Source of the DNA: an uncultured Chloroflexia bacterium
Lineage (GTDB): Bacteria > Chloroflexota > Limnocylindria > Limnocylindrales > CSP1-4
DNA: 64,000 nucleotides
Direction: 5' to 3'
NCBI GenBank assembly: GCA_963721015.1
Contig: CAVRHM010000002.1
Location: 973,324-1,037,323, forward strand
The notes below the pieces were generated by a model. The model saw nothing but the letters and a program-made list of their open reading frames with translations, ran no database searches and had not been told where the DNA came from. Both the position numbers and the translations under genes were made by a program. How positions within the stretch are numbered: position 1 is the stretch's first letter; each line of letters begins with the position of its first letter. Positions 37,467-49,566 of this stretch are shown here, in pieces.

Positions 37467-39886
37467 GCCTGGCCTCCCTTCGCCGCTTCGATCGCGGACC
37501 AGACCTTCTGGGATGTGTAGGGCATGTCGAGATGGCGGATGCCGAGCGGGCTGAGCGCGTCGATGACCGCGTTCGCGACCGCCGCCGTCGAGGCGATCGC
37601 CCCGGCCTCGCCGACGCCCTTGACCCCGATCGGGTTGACCGGCGAGGGGGTCACGGTCTCGTCCAGCTCGAACGTCGGCAGGCGCGATGCCTTGGGCAGC
37701 GCGTAATCCATCATCGAGCCCGACAGGAGCTGCCCGTCGTCGCTGTAGATGGCCTCCTCCCAAAGGGCCTGGCCGACACCCTGGGCGATGCCGCCGTGGA
37801 GCTGGCCGTCGACGATGAGGGGGTTGATCTTCTTGCCGACGTCGTCGACGGCGACATAGCGGACGAGGTCGACCTTGCCCGTCTCCTCGTCGATCTCGAC
37901 GACCGCGATGTGCGTCCCGAACGGCCACGTGCAGTTCGGGGTGTCGTAGTAGGCCGTCTCGTCGAGGTACGGCTCCATGCCTTCGGGCGTATCGAACGCC
38001 AGGTCGAGCGCGAAGGCGATCTCCTGGAGCGTCTTCTTGCGGTCCGGGCTGCCTTTCACCCGGTACTCGGCGCCCTCGATCTCGATATCGTCGGGCGACG
38101 CCTCGAGCATGTGCGCCGCGTAGCGCCGGGCCTTGGCCTTGACCTTGTCCGTCGCCTTGATGGCCGCGGTCATGCCCACCGAGCTGGTGCGCGACCCGTA
38201 CGAGCCGTAGCCGAACGGGGTGCCCTGCGTGTCCGAGTGCTGGATGATGACGTCCTCCATGGGGACGCCGAGCTCGGTCGCCACGACCTGGGCGTAGGTC
38301 GTCTCGTGGCCCTGGCCCTGGGGCTGGGTGCCCATCGTGACCACGACCTTGCCGGTCAGGTGGATCTTGATGTTGGACGACTCCCACATGGCCGCGCCCC
38401 AGCCCTCGCCGACCGCGCCGATCCACTTGGACGGCGCGACGCCGCAGACCTCGATGTAGGTCGACAGGCCGAGGCCCAGGAGCTTGCCGCGGCCTTTGGC
38501 CTCGGCCTTCTTGGCGGCCAGGTCGCCGTACCCGACGGCGGCCAGGGCCTTGTCCATGGCCGGCTCGTAGTCGCCGGAATCGATGTAGATCTTGGCGCCG
38601 CCGCTGGCCGTACCCAGGCCTGACGGGTTCTCGTAGGGGAACTGGTCCGGGGCGATGAAGTTCTTGCGGCGCAGCTCCGCCCGGTCCATCCCGATCTCGG
38701 CGGCGAACAGGTCCATGGCCCGCTCGATGACGTACGTCGCCTCGGGCCGGCCGGCGCCGCGGTACGCATCCACGAACGTCGTGTTCGTGTACACGCCGGT
38801 GACCTCGGCATAGACGTTCGGGATCTTGTAGCAACCGCTCAGGACGCGCGCGTACAGGGTCGTCGGGATACCTGGCCCGATCGTCGACAGGCGACCGCCC
38901 AGGTTGGCCAGGGTCTTGACCCGCAGGCCGGTGACCTCACCGTCACGCGTGCCCGCGATCTCCAGGTAGGTGATGTGATCGCGGCCGTGGATCGTGCTCT
39001 GGTAGCTCTCGCGCCGACCCTCGACCCACTTGACCGGCCGTCCGCCGAGCGCCTTGCTGGCGAACAGGACGAGGGCGTAGTCCGGGTAGCAGAAGATCTT
39101 CGTGCCGAAGGCGCCACCGACATCCGGGCTGATGCACCGGATCTTGTGCTCCGGGATGCCCATCACGAACGCGGCGAGCAGGAGCCGCTGGATGTGCGGC
39201 GTCTGGCTGGACATCCAGATCGTGTACTCGTCGGTGCCCGGGTTGTACCAGCCGATGTTCCCGCGGGCCTCCATCGGGTTGGGGATGAGCCGGTGGTTGA
39301 CGATCCGCTGGCGGACCACGACCTCGGCCCCGTCGACGGCGGCGTCCGTGCCGGCTTTGTCGCCGACGGTCCACTCGAAGACGACGTTGTTCGGTGCGTT
39401 CTCGTGGAGCTGCGGCGCGCCGTCGGCCATCGCCTTCTCGGCATCGACGACCGCGGGCAGTGGCTCCCAGTCGACCTGGATGGCGTCCAGCGCGTCATAG
39501 GCCTGCGCTTCGGTCTCGGCGACCACCGCCGCGACGCCCTCGCCGGTCCACTTGACGCTGTCCGTGGCCAGCGTCCGGGGCGTGCTCACGTTGTTCTGGA
39601 TGCCCGCGCTGCCGCCCGCCGGCCAGGCCATCGGCATCGGGTTGTACGGGATGTCCGCGCCGACGAACACGCCGACGACGCCGGGCATCGTCCTGGCCTT
39701 GCTGGTGTCGATGGACCGGATGTTGGCGTGGGCGTACGGGCTGCGCAGGATGGCCATATGAGCCATCGACTGGAGCTTGATGTCGTCGAGATAGCGGCCC
39801 TGGCCGGTGATGAAGCGCGGATCCTCGGTGCGCTTGAGGGCCTGGCCGAAGGGGGCGGACGCCGGGGCGTCGAGGACGTCAGTCAT
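37463..39886 (-). CDS. form II CODH-like large molybdopterin subunit (AYRGAGR type)
   Basis: Xanthine dehydrogenase-family MoCo subunit with loop [15 protein letters not shown]. Start MTDVLDAP (39886); track ATG at 39934 is the alternative. Confidence 0.85.
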   Translation of the reverse strand: MTDVLDAPASAPFGQALKRTEDPRFITGQGRYLDDIKLQSMAHMAILRSPYAHANIRSIDTSKARTMPGVVGVFVGADIPYNPMPMAWPAGGSAGIQNNVSTPRTLATDSVKWTGEGVAAVVAETEAQAYDALDAIQVDWEPLPAVVDAEKAMADGAPQLHENAPNNVVFEWTVGDKAGTDAAVDGAEVVVRQRIVNHRLIPNPMEARGNIGWYNPGTDEYTIWMSSQTPHIQRLLLAAFVMGIPEHKIRCISPDVGGAFGTKIFCYPDYALVLFASKALGGRPVKWVEGRRESYQSTIHGRDHITYLEIAGTRDGEVTGLRVKTLANLGGRLSTIGPGIPTTLYARVLSGCYKIPNVYAEVTGVYTNTTFVDAYRGAGRPEATYVIERAMDLFAAEIGMDRAELRRKNFIAPDQFPYENPSGLGTASGGAKIYIDSGDYEPAMDKALAAVGYGDLAAKKAEAKGRGKLLGLGLSTYIEVCGVAPSKWIGAVGEGWGAAMWESSNIKIHLTGKVVVTMGTQPQGQGHETTYAQVVATELGVPMEDVIIQHSDTQGTPFGYGSYGSRTSSVGMTAAIKATDKVKAKARRYAAHMLEASPDDIEIEGAEYRVKGSPDRKKTLQEIAFALDLAFDTPEGMEPYLDETAYYDTPNCTWPFGTHIAVVEIDEETGKVDLVRYVAVDDVGKKINPLIVDGQLHGGIAQGVGQALWEEAIYSDDGQLLSGSMMDYALPKASRLPTFELDETVTPSPVNPIGVKGVGEAGAIASTAAVANAVIDALSPLGIRHLDMPYTSQKVWSAIEAAKGGQA

Positions 39887-39902
39887 GGTCGGGTCCCCTT
39901 CC

Positions 39903-40397
<495 letters not shown>

Positions 40398-40568
40398 CAG
40401 CCGGACCTCCTTCGAACACTGCTGAGGCACGGCCGGGACCCCGGTCGCGCGGATGACGGATCGCCACGTCCCTGGAGCTGCTCGGGGCCTCTCTCGACGG
40501 CCGGTCCGCGAGTCGGCGGGTCGGTCGGGTGGGAGGTCGAACGATGGTGGCACCGACGGGTAGCGGAA

Positions 40569-41866
40569 TCAAGTCGGCGAGGTTGCGAATGCGGTCCTCA
40601 GCCGGCGGCCGCGACGTCCTCGAACGCGGCGCCCAGGCCGTCGACCAGGACGTCGACCTCCTCGGGCGTGATGACGAATGACGGCGACAGGTGGATCGCG
40701 TGACCGCGCAGCACGCGCGTGGCGATGCCGTGCCTGATCGCCGCACCGACGACCCGGGCCGGGAGGGTCGGCATCGGCCGCGAGCCGAGCCGCGTCGATG
40801 GCCACGGCCGCCGTCAGGCCCACCGTCCGGATCTCGCCGACGAGCGGCGCGTCGGCCAGCCGGCGCACGGCCGCATCGAACGGGCCCTCCATCGACGCGA
40901 CCCGGCCGACCAGGTCCTCGCCCTCCAGGATGTCGAGGTTGGCCAGCGCGGCGGCGCAGGCCGCGGCATGGCCGCTGTAGGTATAGCCGTGGACGAACAT
41001 CGGTCCGGGCGCGCTGCCGTCCCAGAACGGGCCGGCCACCCGTGGCCCGACGAGCACGCCGCCCAGCGGCTGGTAGCCGGACGTCACGGCCTTGGCGAAG
41101 ATGATCAGGTCCGGCGCGATGTCATAGCGCAGCGATCCCCACATCGACCCCGTCCGACCGAACCCGGTGATGACCTCGTCGGCGATGAGCAGGACGTCGT
41201 GCTCCCGGCACAGCCGCTGGACCTCCGCCCAGTACGACGGTTGCGGCGGGTACACCCCGCCCGCCCCGACGACGGGCTCGCCGATGAACGCCGCGATCTC
41301 GTGCCCCTGCCGCTCGAACAGCGCGCCCAGCGATCTCGGTGTCGTCGAGCCCGACCGTGACGACCTCGTCGATGATCGCCCCGCCGTAGCCGGCCTTGTT
41401 GCCGGGGATGCCGGCCAGCGAGGTGCCCCAGGCGTGCATCCCGTGGTAGCCGTGCTCGCGCGACGACGATGATCCGCTTCTCCGGCTGGCCCTGGACATC
41501 CCAGTAGCGGCGGACGAGCTTGGCCGCCGTGTCGACCCCGTCCGAGCCGCCCGAGCCGAAGAAGACGACCGCATCGTCGATCGGCGCCAGCGCCGACAGG
41601 CGCTCGGCAAGCTGGACGGTGGGTTCGGTCGTGAAGGCGCCGAACGACGAGTACGCCGACAGCCGGGTCAGCTGCTCGGCGACCGCATCGGCGATGGCCT
41701 GCCGTCCATAGCCGACGGCGCAGTACCAGAGCCCCGCGGTCGAGTCGAGGAAGCGCCGGCCGTCGGTGGCCTCCAGCCAGACGCCGTCCCCGGACCGGAA
41801 GACGAGCTCCGCGTCCTTGACCGTGTGCATGTCGGCGAAGCCGTGCCAGAACGAGGTGGTGGTCAT
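40569..41866 (-). pseudogene. class III (omega) aminotransferase, interrupted by >=2 frameshifts
   Basis: Three minus frames carry consecutive pieces: MTTTSFWHGFADMH...YWDVQGQPEKRII | REHGYHGMHAWGTSLAGIPGNKAGYGG...VGLDDTEIAG | YPPQPSYWAEVQRLCREHDVLLIADEVITGFGRTG... Confidence 0.6.
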
Positions 41867-41901
41867 CGGCGGATGGTAGCCGCGAGTGGCAGGATGGTGC
41901 G

Positions 41902-42429
41902 ATGCGCCGCGACGACGTCGACCTGCTGCTCGACCACCTGTACTTCGTCCGCGACCGGGTCCTCGACCGCCGCCCGCGGGGCCCCGGACGGACTCGCCGA
42001 CCCCGATGCGCCCGACATCAGCGCGATCTGCACGCCACGCTCGTCCACGAGCTCGACGTCGAGTGGTCGTGGCGGGAGCGACTGGACAGCGACGACCCGA
42101 CCGACTTCGGCGAGGCCGACGGAAGAGCTGACCGTCGGGGACCTGCCGACGATCGAGCGCGATCGAGGCGCGCTGGCGCGAGGACGAGGCCGCGATGCGC
42201 GCCTGGATCGCCCGGCTCGGCGACAAGGGCCTCGAGCGGGCCGTGCCACGCCGAGGACCCGAGCCGCGCACCCGATGTGGTTCCACGTCATGCACCTGTA
42301 CACCACGCCATCCAGCAATTCGCGGATGCGGCCACGCTCCTGACCCGGGCCGGTCAGTCGCCCGGCGAGCTCGACTTCCTCGACTTCGTCGAGGTCCGCC
42401 TCGACGGTCGGCGCGACGGCGGGTCGTAG
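41902..42429 (+). pseudogene. DinB/DinB_2-family protein, frameshifted
   Basis: MRRDDVDLLLDHLYFVRDRVLD... with later fragments (MWFHVMHLY ; HHAIQQFADAATLLTRAGQSPGELDF) in other frames. Confidence 0.4.
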
Positions 42430-43247
42430 CGGCCGAGCGCAGCGCTGCGCTTGTCGACGGCCCGCGGGTCGATCGACCGACAGCCGCTCGTCCGTGGGCA
42501 TGGCGGCAAGCCGGCCCGACCTCGCCGAGCCGCTCGAGCTTGCGGACCGCGACCGTCCAGGGCAGGGCCGCCAGCGAGCCGGCCGTGGCCAGGCCGACCC
42601 GGTCGGGGCCGCGGCCACGCGGTCGATGCCGCGTAGCCGACCGCCCAGAGCAGCAGCTCGGGGCCGTCGTCGCTGGCGTCGGCCGTCGACAGCGCCCCGG
42701 CGATGACCCCGCGCTCGCCCGGCCAGCCGGTGACGAGCCGCCAGGTGTCCGGACCGTCGATGAGGTCGACGGCGAGACTCGCATAGACAGCCGCCAGGAT
42801 CGGCTCGACGCCGAGCGCGTCGGCCCCGCCGCCGGTGATGGCCAACGACAGGTGGACGCCGTCGAGATCCCGGGTCAGCGCGGCGTGGGCCTCGCCGAAG
42901 CGGGCGCGACCCGTGTCATCGGCGACGGACGTGGCGGCCGGTTCATGGATCTCGATCCAGGGACAGCCGGCCGCGGCGAGCTCGACGAGGATCGCCCGGA
43001 CGTCCTCGGCGGACCGGGCGCTCGTCAGCGGCCCGTCGACCACGGCCTTCACGAGCCGGCCGCCGGACAGCGCCGTGGCCACCCGCCAGGCCTCGACCGG
43101 ATCGTCCGTGGTCGGATGCCCGGCGATCGCGAGCGGATCGAGCCCGGCCCCGATCTGCGCCGCGAGCACCGCCTCGAGGACATCGGACGCGGCGGCGTCC
43201 TCGGGGAGTGGCGGCCGGGGCAGCGCGCCGAGCAGGGTGGCGAACAT
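42354..43247 (-). pseudogene. MetE-like (cobalamin-independent methionine synthase/URO-D-like) family protein, C-terminal part out of frame
   Basis: N-terminal ~220 aa protein-like (MFATLLGALPRPPLPED...AAAGCPWIEIHEPA...), then Arg/Pro junk. Confidence 0.35.
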
Positions 43248-43490
43248 CGGGCGGCGATGCTACCCCAGCGCCAGGTCCCATCCGACCGGCCGCGCACCGC
43301 GAACGGAGGATATGCAGCTCGCGACCCGGACTCCCGGTCGCACGGTTCGGCGCCTCGTCGACCGTTGGCTATGATTCCGCCCGAGCCGCTCGCCCCGCCG
43401 CTACCCGACCGGAGAGGCACGTGCCCGAGCCCGAGCTTGACCCCGAACGCGCCGCGCGCGACGCCCGTCGCGCCGAGGATGCGGCCCTGC

Positions 43491-44060
43491 ATGGCCCGCA
43501 TCGTCGACCGCGACGAGCGCGCGGTCGAGGCCCTCTATGCCCGCTATAGCGGTCCCGTCTACTCCCTCGCCTACCAGGTGACACGAGCCGACCGGTTCGC
43601 GCAGGAAGTCGTCCAGGAGGTCTTCGTCGCGATCTGGAAGGACGCGGACCGGTTCGACCCGGCCAAGGGTTCGGTCGGGCCATGGCTGTTCAGCCTGGCC
43701 CGCCACAAGGCCATCGACCTCGTCCGCCGCGAGGCCAACATCCGCAAGCGCGACCGCCGATGTCGACATGGAGCTCGAGGTCGCCCCGGACGATGTCGAC
43801 CACGAGGCCTGGCGCAACGTCCGACGCGATCGGGTCCGAGCCGCCATCGCGCAATTGACCGAGACCCAGCGGACGGCGCTCGAGCTCGCGTTCTTCGGCG
43901 GGCTGACCCATGTCGAGGTCGCGGAGCGCCTGGGCATCCCGCTGGGACGGCCAAGACCCGGATCCGCTCCGCGCTCCTCAAGCTGCGCGACGTCCTGGGG
44001 ACGTCGGTGTCGGAGGACGAGGACGTCGCCGATGCCGCGCGCCGGGCGGACCGACCGTGA
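43491..44060 (+). pseudogene. ECF sigma factor (SigK-like), two frameshifts
   Basis: Region 2 VYSLAYQVTRADRFAQEVVQEVFVAIWKDADRFDP...LFSLARHKAIDLVRR. Region 4 (TQRTALELAFFGGLTHVEVAERLGIPLG) in second frame, then back (TAKTRIRSALLKLRDVLG). Confidence 0.5.
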
Positions 44061-44876
44061 ACCACACCGAGCTCACAGGAGCTGGCGGCGGGTGCCGCCC
44101 TCGACGATCTCGACCTCGTCGAGCGCTTCGAGCTGGATGAGCACCTGGCGGGCTGTGCCGGCTGTCGGGCCCTGACGTCGGACCTGGCGGTCGTGCTCGG
44201 CGACCTGGCGCTGGTCGCACCGGAGCTGCATCCGCCGCAGGCCCTCCAGGCCAGCGTCATGGCCGCGATCCGGGCGATCGGGACGGGCGCGATCGCCGCT
44301 CGCCCTGGCGTCCGCCTCCGCTGGCATCACCGTCACGGCGCGGCCTGGCCGCCCGCTCCCACGACCGGGCTTGACCCCGGTGGCTGGCACATCGACGGCG
44401 GTCGCCGCCAGGTCCCCGCGCCTGGGCCTGCTGGGCGCCTTCGGCTTGGCCGCCGTGCTCGGCGTCGTCGCGGTCGGTCTCGGGATCAGGGGCGCCCAGC
44501 TCGACGACGCGATCGCCACCCGGGATGCGGCGATGGCCGTCATCGCCGACCCGGCCCACGTCGAACGTCGCCCTGCACGCCGAGCCGATGGCCCCCGACG
44601 CGCTCGCCCGGGTCGTCTTCCGGCCGGGCACGACGGACGCCTTCCTCATGGCCACGGAGCTGCCGGCCACACCCGCCGGCCACGTCTACCAGCTGTGGGT
44701 CGCCGACGCGGCCGGCGTCCACGCGCTCGGGACGTTCCGCCATGACGGTCGCGGCGCGTTCATCGCGCCGTTCGGCGTCGACCTGGCCGACGGGCACCGC
44801 GGCGATGGTCACCCTCGAGCCGGACGGCGGCGCGCACGGTGAACCCGGGCCGCAGGTGGTGTTCGGCGAGCTCTGA
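44057..44876 (+). pseudogene. anti-sigma-K factor RskA-like, multiple frameshifts
   Basis: GTG overlapping sigma TGA. Zinc motif LDEHLAGCAGCRALTSD, TM AAVLGVVAVGLGI, C-terminal YQLWVADAAG...MVTLEPDGG, spread over >=4 frames. Confidence 0.5.
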
Positions 44877-46084
44877 GGTGCGGGACGTCAGGCGCGCATC
44901 CCGGTGCCCACCAGGAGTCACCACGATGACCGCGATGGCGATGGGCGCCAACGCGACGAAGATGATCCCGCTCGGGACCCGGGCGACGTGGGCCGTGCCT
45001 GCCGTATCCGGTTGCTGCCAGAGCGTCGAGAGGGTCTGGACGCCGTGCGGCGGGACGAGGACACCGAGGACGAAGCCCGCGATGAGCCCGCCGATGTGGG
45101 CGGCGTTGTCGATGCCCGGGACGGCGAACCCGAACACGATGTTGATGAGGATGAGCATCCCGAGCTGGCCGACGAGCGCCCGACTCTGGCGGTCGACCGG
45201 ATGGTGCACGCCGCCCGGACGCCAGGAGCAGCCCGAACAGCCCGAAGATCGCCCCGGAGGCGCCGACCGACGGGACGTCCCCGCCGAACACGAAGCTCGC
45301 CACCGAGCCGGCCGCGGCGCAGGCCAGGTAGAAGAGCAGGAACCGCAGGCTGCCGTACCAGCGCTCGGCGATCGGTCCGACGAGGTAGAGCGCGTACATG
45401 TTGAAGGCCAGGTGGAGGAAGCTGCCGTGGAGCAGGGTCACCGTCCACAGCCGCCAGTACTCGCCGTCGGCGACGCCGGCCTTGTCCAGCTGGAACGCGT
45501 CGAAGACGGCTTGGCCGTCCTGGGAGAGGAGGGCCGGTCAGCGACACGATGACGGTGGCCGCGATGAGGATCGTCGTGACCGACACGAGCGGGCCGTCGC
45601 CGCGGCCCTTGGCGAAGTACCGGCTCGAGGCCCGCTTGTCGCCGGTCTCCTTGGTCAGCCAGCCGAGGCGGGTGGCGATCTCCTGCTTGTCCTCGGGTGG
45701 GGCGCGACGGTCGGCCTCGCGATAGGCGTCGATGGCGCCGGGCAGGTCGCCCCCGCGGACCTTCGCGGCGGCGACGTTGCGCCAAGCCAGGTAGCTCGAC
45801 GGCGTCTCGCCGAGCTTCGTCGCCGCCTCCCAGGACACGAGCGCCGCGTCATCGTCGTCGAGTCGATAGCGTGCCTCGCCGAGCCCGACGAGCGCCGCGG
45901 CCGTGACCTCCGGGTCGTCGAAGCCGACGACCCGGCCGTAGCGCATCGCGGCATCGCGGAACTCCCCCGCCGCCAGGGCCCCGTCGGCGGCGGCCAGCAG
46001 GGCGAGCGCATCGGGGCGTGTCAGGCGCCCGGCACGTGACGGGTCCGGTCCGCCCGAGGCGGCCGGGGGCGGCGCGTCGTCCAT
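44760..46084 (-). pseudogene. TPR-rhomboid family intramembrane serine protease, >=2 frameshifts
   Basis: N-terminal TPR-like region then TM. Rhomboid core HGSFLHLAFNMYALYLVGP...GASGAIFGLFG in second frame, AHIGGLIAGFVLG in third. Confidence 0.5.
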
Positions 46085-46185
46085 CGCCGCGACGATACCC
46101 GACTTCGACGACGGGCTTCACGGGCGGCGGGCACGCGCGCAGCCTCGGTCCGCCGTTGGCGACCGACGACACTAGACTTCGGCCC

Positions 46186-46908
46186 GTGTGCGGACGGTTC
46201 ACCCAGCAGCGGCCGGCCTCGGAGCTGGCCGAGATCTTCGCCGCCGATCCGCTCGCGGACGAGCTCGGCGCCCGCTACAACGTGGCGCCGACCGACGACG
46301 CGTTCGTGGTCGTCCAGCGCGAGGAGCGTCGCGCCGTCACGGCCTATCGCTGGGGCCTCGTCCCGCACTGGTCGACGGACCTGAAGGCCGGCTCCCGGAT
46401 GTTCAACGCGCGGGCCGAGACGATCACCACCAGCCCGGCGTTCCGCGGCGCCTTCGCCCGGCGCCGCTGCCTCGTCCCGGTCGACGGGTTCTACGAGTGG
46501 AAGCGCGAGGGCACCATCCGCCAGCCGTACGCCATCGTCCGCGACGACGGCCGACCGCTCGTCCTCGCCGGCCTGTGGGCGGGCTGGCGCGATCCCGCCA
46601 GTGACCCGGAAGCGCCGCTCATCCGACGGACGTTCACGATCGTCACGACGACGCCGAACGGGGCGATGGCCGACCTCCACGACCGGATGCCGGTCGTCCT
46701 CCCCGATGACGCCTGGGATCGCTGGCTGGACCCGGCGCCGGCCGATCCCGGCGAGCTCCAGGGCCTCCTCCAGCCGAATGACGATGTCGGGCTGCGGATC
46801 TACGCGGTGAACCGCTACGTCAACGATGTCCGACGCGATGGGCCGGACCTGCTCGAACCGCTCCTCGAGACCGCCCCGGAGGTCGCCGGCCCCAACCTCG
46901 GTCTGTAG
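46186..46908 (+). CDS. SOS response-associated peptidase (SRAP/YedK, abasic-site processing protein)
   Basis: GTG-TGC start giving (M)CGRFTQ with catalytic Cys2. Motifs: YNVAPTD, GLVPHW, NARAETI, VPVDGFYEW, HDRMPVVL. Intact. Confidence 0.8.
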   Translation: MCGRFTQQRPASELAEIFAADPLADELGARYNVAPTDDAFVVVQREERRAVTAYRWGLVPHWSTDLKAGSRMFNARAETITTSPAFRGAFARRRCLVPVDGFYEWKREGTIRQPYAIVRDDGRPLVLAGLWAGWRDPASDPEAPLIRRTFTIVTTTPNGAMADLHDRMPVVLPDDAWDRWLDPAPADPGELQGLLQPNDDVGLRIYAVNRYVNDVRRDGPDLLEPLLETAPEVAGPNLGL

Positions 46909-46948
46909 ATGGACCGCCGGCGCTAGGCGGTCGCTGCGGCGTCGGCGG

Positions 46949-47593
46949 TCAGCGCCGCGAACGCCTCGGCCGGGGCATCCCGGCATCGACCGCCGCGGCG
47001 TAGCGACCGAGCGTGGGGATGAGGCCGCGATCGCCGTCGTCGGCACCGGACGCCATCTCATCCGGATCCAGCGCGAGGACCACGGCATCGGATGGCAAGC
47101 TCTCCGCGTCGGCGGCGTCGGCCGCGCTCGACGCGATGACCAGGTGAGCGCCCGCCCAGGCGGCCGCGGCCGCCGCCTCGGTGACGATGCCCGGCGTGGC
47201 CGGCTCCAGCACGAGGATGACCCGGTAGTCGGTCAGGTAGCGGAGCGCGAGCGTGACGTCGGCGGCCTCGAGCGTCGGCGGATCGGGGTCGTCGGCCGTA
47301 GCATCGGGCCGGACCGTCTCGTCCGCGTCGACCGGGGCGGCATCCTCCAGGCCATCGCCGGCCTCGTCGCCGCTTCGCACGCGGGGCGTCGGATGGCTTG
47401 CATCCCGGAGCGTCGCGACGTGGCCCGCCCCCGCCCGCGCGAGGGCCAGCAGGACGGCATCGCCGGCCGGGCCCTCCCCCACCTTTCCGACCACCTCGAC
47501 CCGGGCGCCGGCGGCCGCGGCGGCCCGCGCCGCACGTCCAGCGAGGCCGGCGGCTTCCGGCTCGGGATTCCGTGCCGCCGAGGGCCAGTCCAC
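46949..47593 (-). CDS. hypothetical protein (weak PfkB/ribokinase-like N-terminal resemblance; probably truncated)
   Basis: VVGKVGEGPAGDAVLLALARAGAGHVATL resembles PfkB N-region. No DTxGAGD motif. Low confidence. Confidence 0.25.
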   Translation of the reverse strand: MDWPSAARNPEPEAAGLAGRAARAAAAAGARVEVVGKVGEGPAGDAVLLALARAGAGHVATLRDASHPTPRVRSGDEAGDGLEDAAPVDADETVRPDATADDPDPPTLEAADVTLALRYLTDYRVILVLEPATPGIVTEAAAAAAWAGAHLVIASSAADAADAESLPSDAVVLALDPDEMASGADDGDRGLIPTLGRYAAAVDAGMPRPRRSRR

Positions 47594-47658
47594 CGATGAC
47601 GACGATCACGTCGGACAGCGTACGGCGCTCGACGGCCGCTCCGCTCGCCGGAACGGAC

Positions 47659-49112
47659 TCAGTCGACCAGGCCGGCCGCCGTGATGACCGCATCGACGCC
47701 CTTGTTGCGCAGGACCTTGATCGTCCCGCCATCACCGTTGATGTCGTACGTGTCGGCGATGACCTGGTCAACGATGAGCGTGCCGCCGTTGCCGTTCAGC
47801 TTCACCTGGCCGCCCGGCACGTAGACGATACCCTCGACCGTCGTGCTCGAGTCGGAACCGTTCAAGGTGACCGGCGTGACCACGGTTCGGTCCTGGAAGA
47901 TGACGATGTCGTCGTAGATCTCATCGGCCGAGCCGGTCGGTGCGTCGAGCGGCTTGAGCTTCATGGTCGCCCCATTGGAGTTGAGGACGAACGGGCCGGC
48001 CGCCCCCCCGCGCCCGGCAGCTTCGAGTTGTAGATCATCACGCCGCCGCCCCACGTCGCCGTGGCCACCGTCGGCGTGGCGTCGGTCTCTGTCGCGATAG
48101 TGAGGATCGACCCATTCCCGCCGACGTCGAGCCCGCCGCCGCCGATCCAATAGATCCCGGGCATCAGGTACGCCGTCGCGCCGTTGTCGACCGTCAGGCC
48201 GCCGGGGTACAAGCCTGGATATAGGACCCACGCGAGGTTGCGCGTGGCGGAGGCGTTGCCTCCCAGGTCGCACATGCGCGGGGTCGACGCCGACGGTGCC
48301 TTCGGGGCGGGTACACCCGGGCAATAGTCCCCCGGCGCCTCGGTGTGCCCGATCGGGAGCACGCCGGGGGCCAGCCCCGGCATCGTCGGGGCCGCGAGGT
48401 TTCGAAGCGGGTCCGGCAGGGCGAAGGAGTTCTCGGCCTTCGTGCACGTCATCGAGCCCGCCGCGCCCTCATCCTTGACCTCTCCGACGGCTCGGCACGT
48501 CGCATCCGGCGCGATGACGTTGATCGTGCTGCCGCCCGTGCGGCTGAACCCGATGGGGTCGCCGTCGCAATCGGCCCCGCTCGAGTTCGATTGGATGTTG
48601 GCATGCGCTTCGACGACGCCACCGCCGGACACCGCGATCGCCTTGCACTCGGTCGGGTTCAGCGCGAGCATCGAGAACGGGAAGGTCATGTTCTGCGCGT
48701 TCGTCGCGACGGCCATCGCCCCCACCGGCCAGGTGGCCCGCCCGATGACCCCGCCGAAGATCGATGGGCGGTCGGCGGAGATCTGGACCTCGATGAAGCC
48801 GGAGAAACCCGCGTACCGGCCGTGGATGGCCGGGATGTGGACGTCGACGCTCACGTTCGCGTCGGCGTCGTCGAAGCCGTTGTCGCGTGCGAGGTCACGG
48901 GCGGCGGCCTCGGCATCGGCCTCCGAGGTCAGGACGTACCGCGCCCCGGCCAGGGCCGCGGCGTCGGCTGCATTCTGTTGATCCCGCCGCTCGACGAGCA
49001 TCATGCCGACGTCGAAGGCGAGCGCGGCGACGACGAGCAGCGCGACGAGGCCGCCGGCGAAGAGCACGAGGACCTGCCCGCGTTCTCGGGTGCGGTCAGT
49101 TGTTGATGACAA
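47659..49112 (-). pseudogene. TadG-like Flp-pilus assembly protein, single frameshift at a C7 homopolymer
   Basis: N-terminal Tad_N (LVLFAGGLVALLVVAALAFDVGMMLVERRDQQNAADAAALAGA). Reading frame changes at ccccccc (48003-48009); C-terminal 260 aa continue in adjacent frame ending 47659. Confidence 0.55.
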
Positions 49113-49566
49113 GGCTCGACTCCGCGGTCACGGTGATGGGCGGGAGTGGCACGAGCGGGACCAGGCTGCGGTACTCGTAGGTGGCCACGACGGTCACGGT
49201 CTGCCCACGTCCGTTGTTGCCGGGCTGCCCGCCTTGGTCTAGCCAAGTAGGGTCGACGTCGATGCCGGCGAGCACCCCGAAGGCCGCGTCGCGGACGCGG
49301 TCGACGACATCGGACCCATCGGTATCGCAGGGCACGGAGTTCGGTGCCGGCGGCCCGGTCGGACAGCCGATGGGATCGACGTTCGCGCCGTTGACGATCG
49401 CGTAGCGGGCGCCCTCGCGGGTCGCGTTGTGGAGGACCTCGTAGTAGAAGATGAATCGACCAGCCTCGATGATGCCGAGGAGCAGCAGGAAGAACATCGG
49501 CGCGACTAGCGCGAATTCCACCAGGGCCTGGCCGCCTCCACGACGGGAGCGTCGACGCGAGCTCAT
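49096..49566 (-). CDS. TadE-like pseudopilin
   Basis: GQALVEFALVAPMFFLLLLGIIEAGRF. ATG overlaps upstream TGA (ATGA). Confidence 0.6.
   Translation of the reverse strand: MSSRRRSRRGGGQALVEFALVAPMFFLLLLGIIEAGRFIFYYEVLHNATREGARYAIVNGANVDPIGCPTGPPAPNSVPCDTDGSDVVDRVRDAAFGVLAGIDVDPTWLDQGGQPGNNGRGQTVTVVATYEYRSLVPLVPLPPITVTAESSLVINN

Noticed and set aside
36624-38834. 736-aa ORF as a single large protein
   Set aside because: Only the last 280 aa (coxM-like) are protein-like; the rest is out-of-frame shadow of the form II large subunit on the same strand.
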